Shown here one piece after another: positions 43,166 to 43,202 of a stretch of 43,202 nucleotides of DNA (positions are counted from its first letter, which is position 1; every line of letters starts with the position of its first letter). The notes under the pieces are model-generated. The model did not search any database and had not been told where the DNA came from. It was given only the letters and a program-made list of their open reading frames with translations. The DNA comes from a virus (lineage: Duplodnaviria; Caudoviricetes). The stretch is taken from positions 1-43,202 of the IMG/VR virus record IMGVR_UViG_3300033067_001449, one strand, 5' to 3'. The position numbers and the translations under genes are program-made.

Positions 43166-43202
43166 CGGTGCAACAGATCTTTTAGAGAACACTAGAGAGG
43201 AC

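Larger units (their letters stand above)
1..43202. mobile_element. Apparently complete temperate siphovirus genome (HK97-like head, non-contractile tail), excised form
   Basis: All modules present in canonical order from TerS at the left end to HNH genes at the right end; unsplit attP beside integrase; no host genes. Confidence 0.9.

Noticed and set aside
87-43192. Numerous antisense and alternate-frame ORFs in the track (e.g. 559-927, 2756-3271, 20131-20559, 37317-38102)
   Set aside because: Shadows of well-supported genes in GC-rich DNA, without motifs or RBS
1-43202. Genome-wide stop-codon reassignment
   Set aside because: Core genes are uninterrupted in the standard code and TAG/TGA end many of them; only two local interruptions were found

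Overview
The window looks like one complete ~43.2 kb genome of a temperate HK97-type siphovirus, most likely infecting an Alphaproteobacterium (GTA-like tail genes, GapR-like gene, tandem cold-shock protein). It probably opens near the cos site. Gene order: packaging/head/tail (0.1-16.4 kb, +), with a -1 frameshifting tail chaperone; an unusual lysis cassette (multi-TM TIGR02594-type lysin, micropeptide, overlapping spanins); tyrosine integrase with an intact attP carrying the 3' part of tRNA-Leu(CAG); a leftward replication block (primase-polymerase/helicase, PolA, SSB, Cas4-like nuclease, SNF2 helicase); an accessory block (secreted M15 peptidase, stand-alone DpdA/TGT-like transglycosylase, catalytically truncated resolvase, small-gene cassettes); RuvC; an XRE repressor broken by a frameshift and a TGA; a ~1.4 kb mostly non-coding region with GC-rich repeats and nested inverted repeats; GapR-like gene and two HNH genes. 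The strongest leads are the multi-branched structured non-coding region (40.8-41.2 kb), the solo DpdA, the doubly interrupted repressor, the dead resolvase, the membrane-embedded lysin and a dispersed promoter motif. All family calls come from motif recognition by eye, not database searches.
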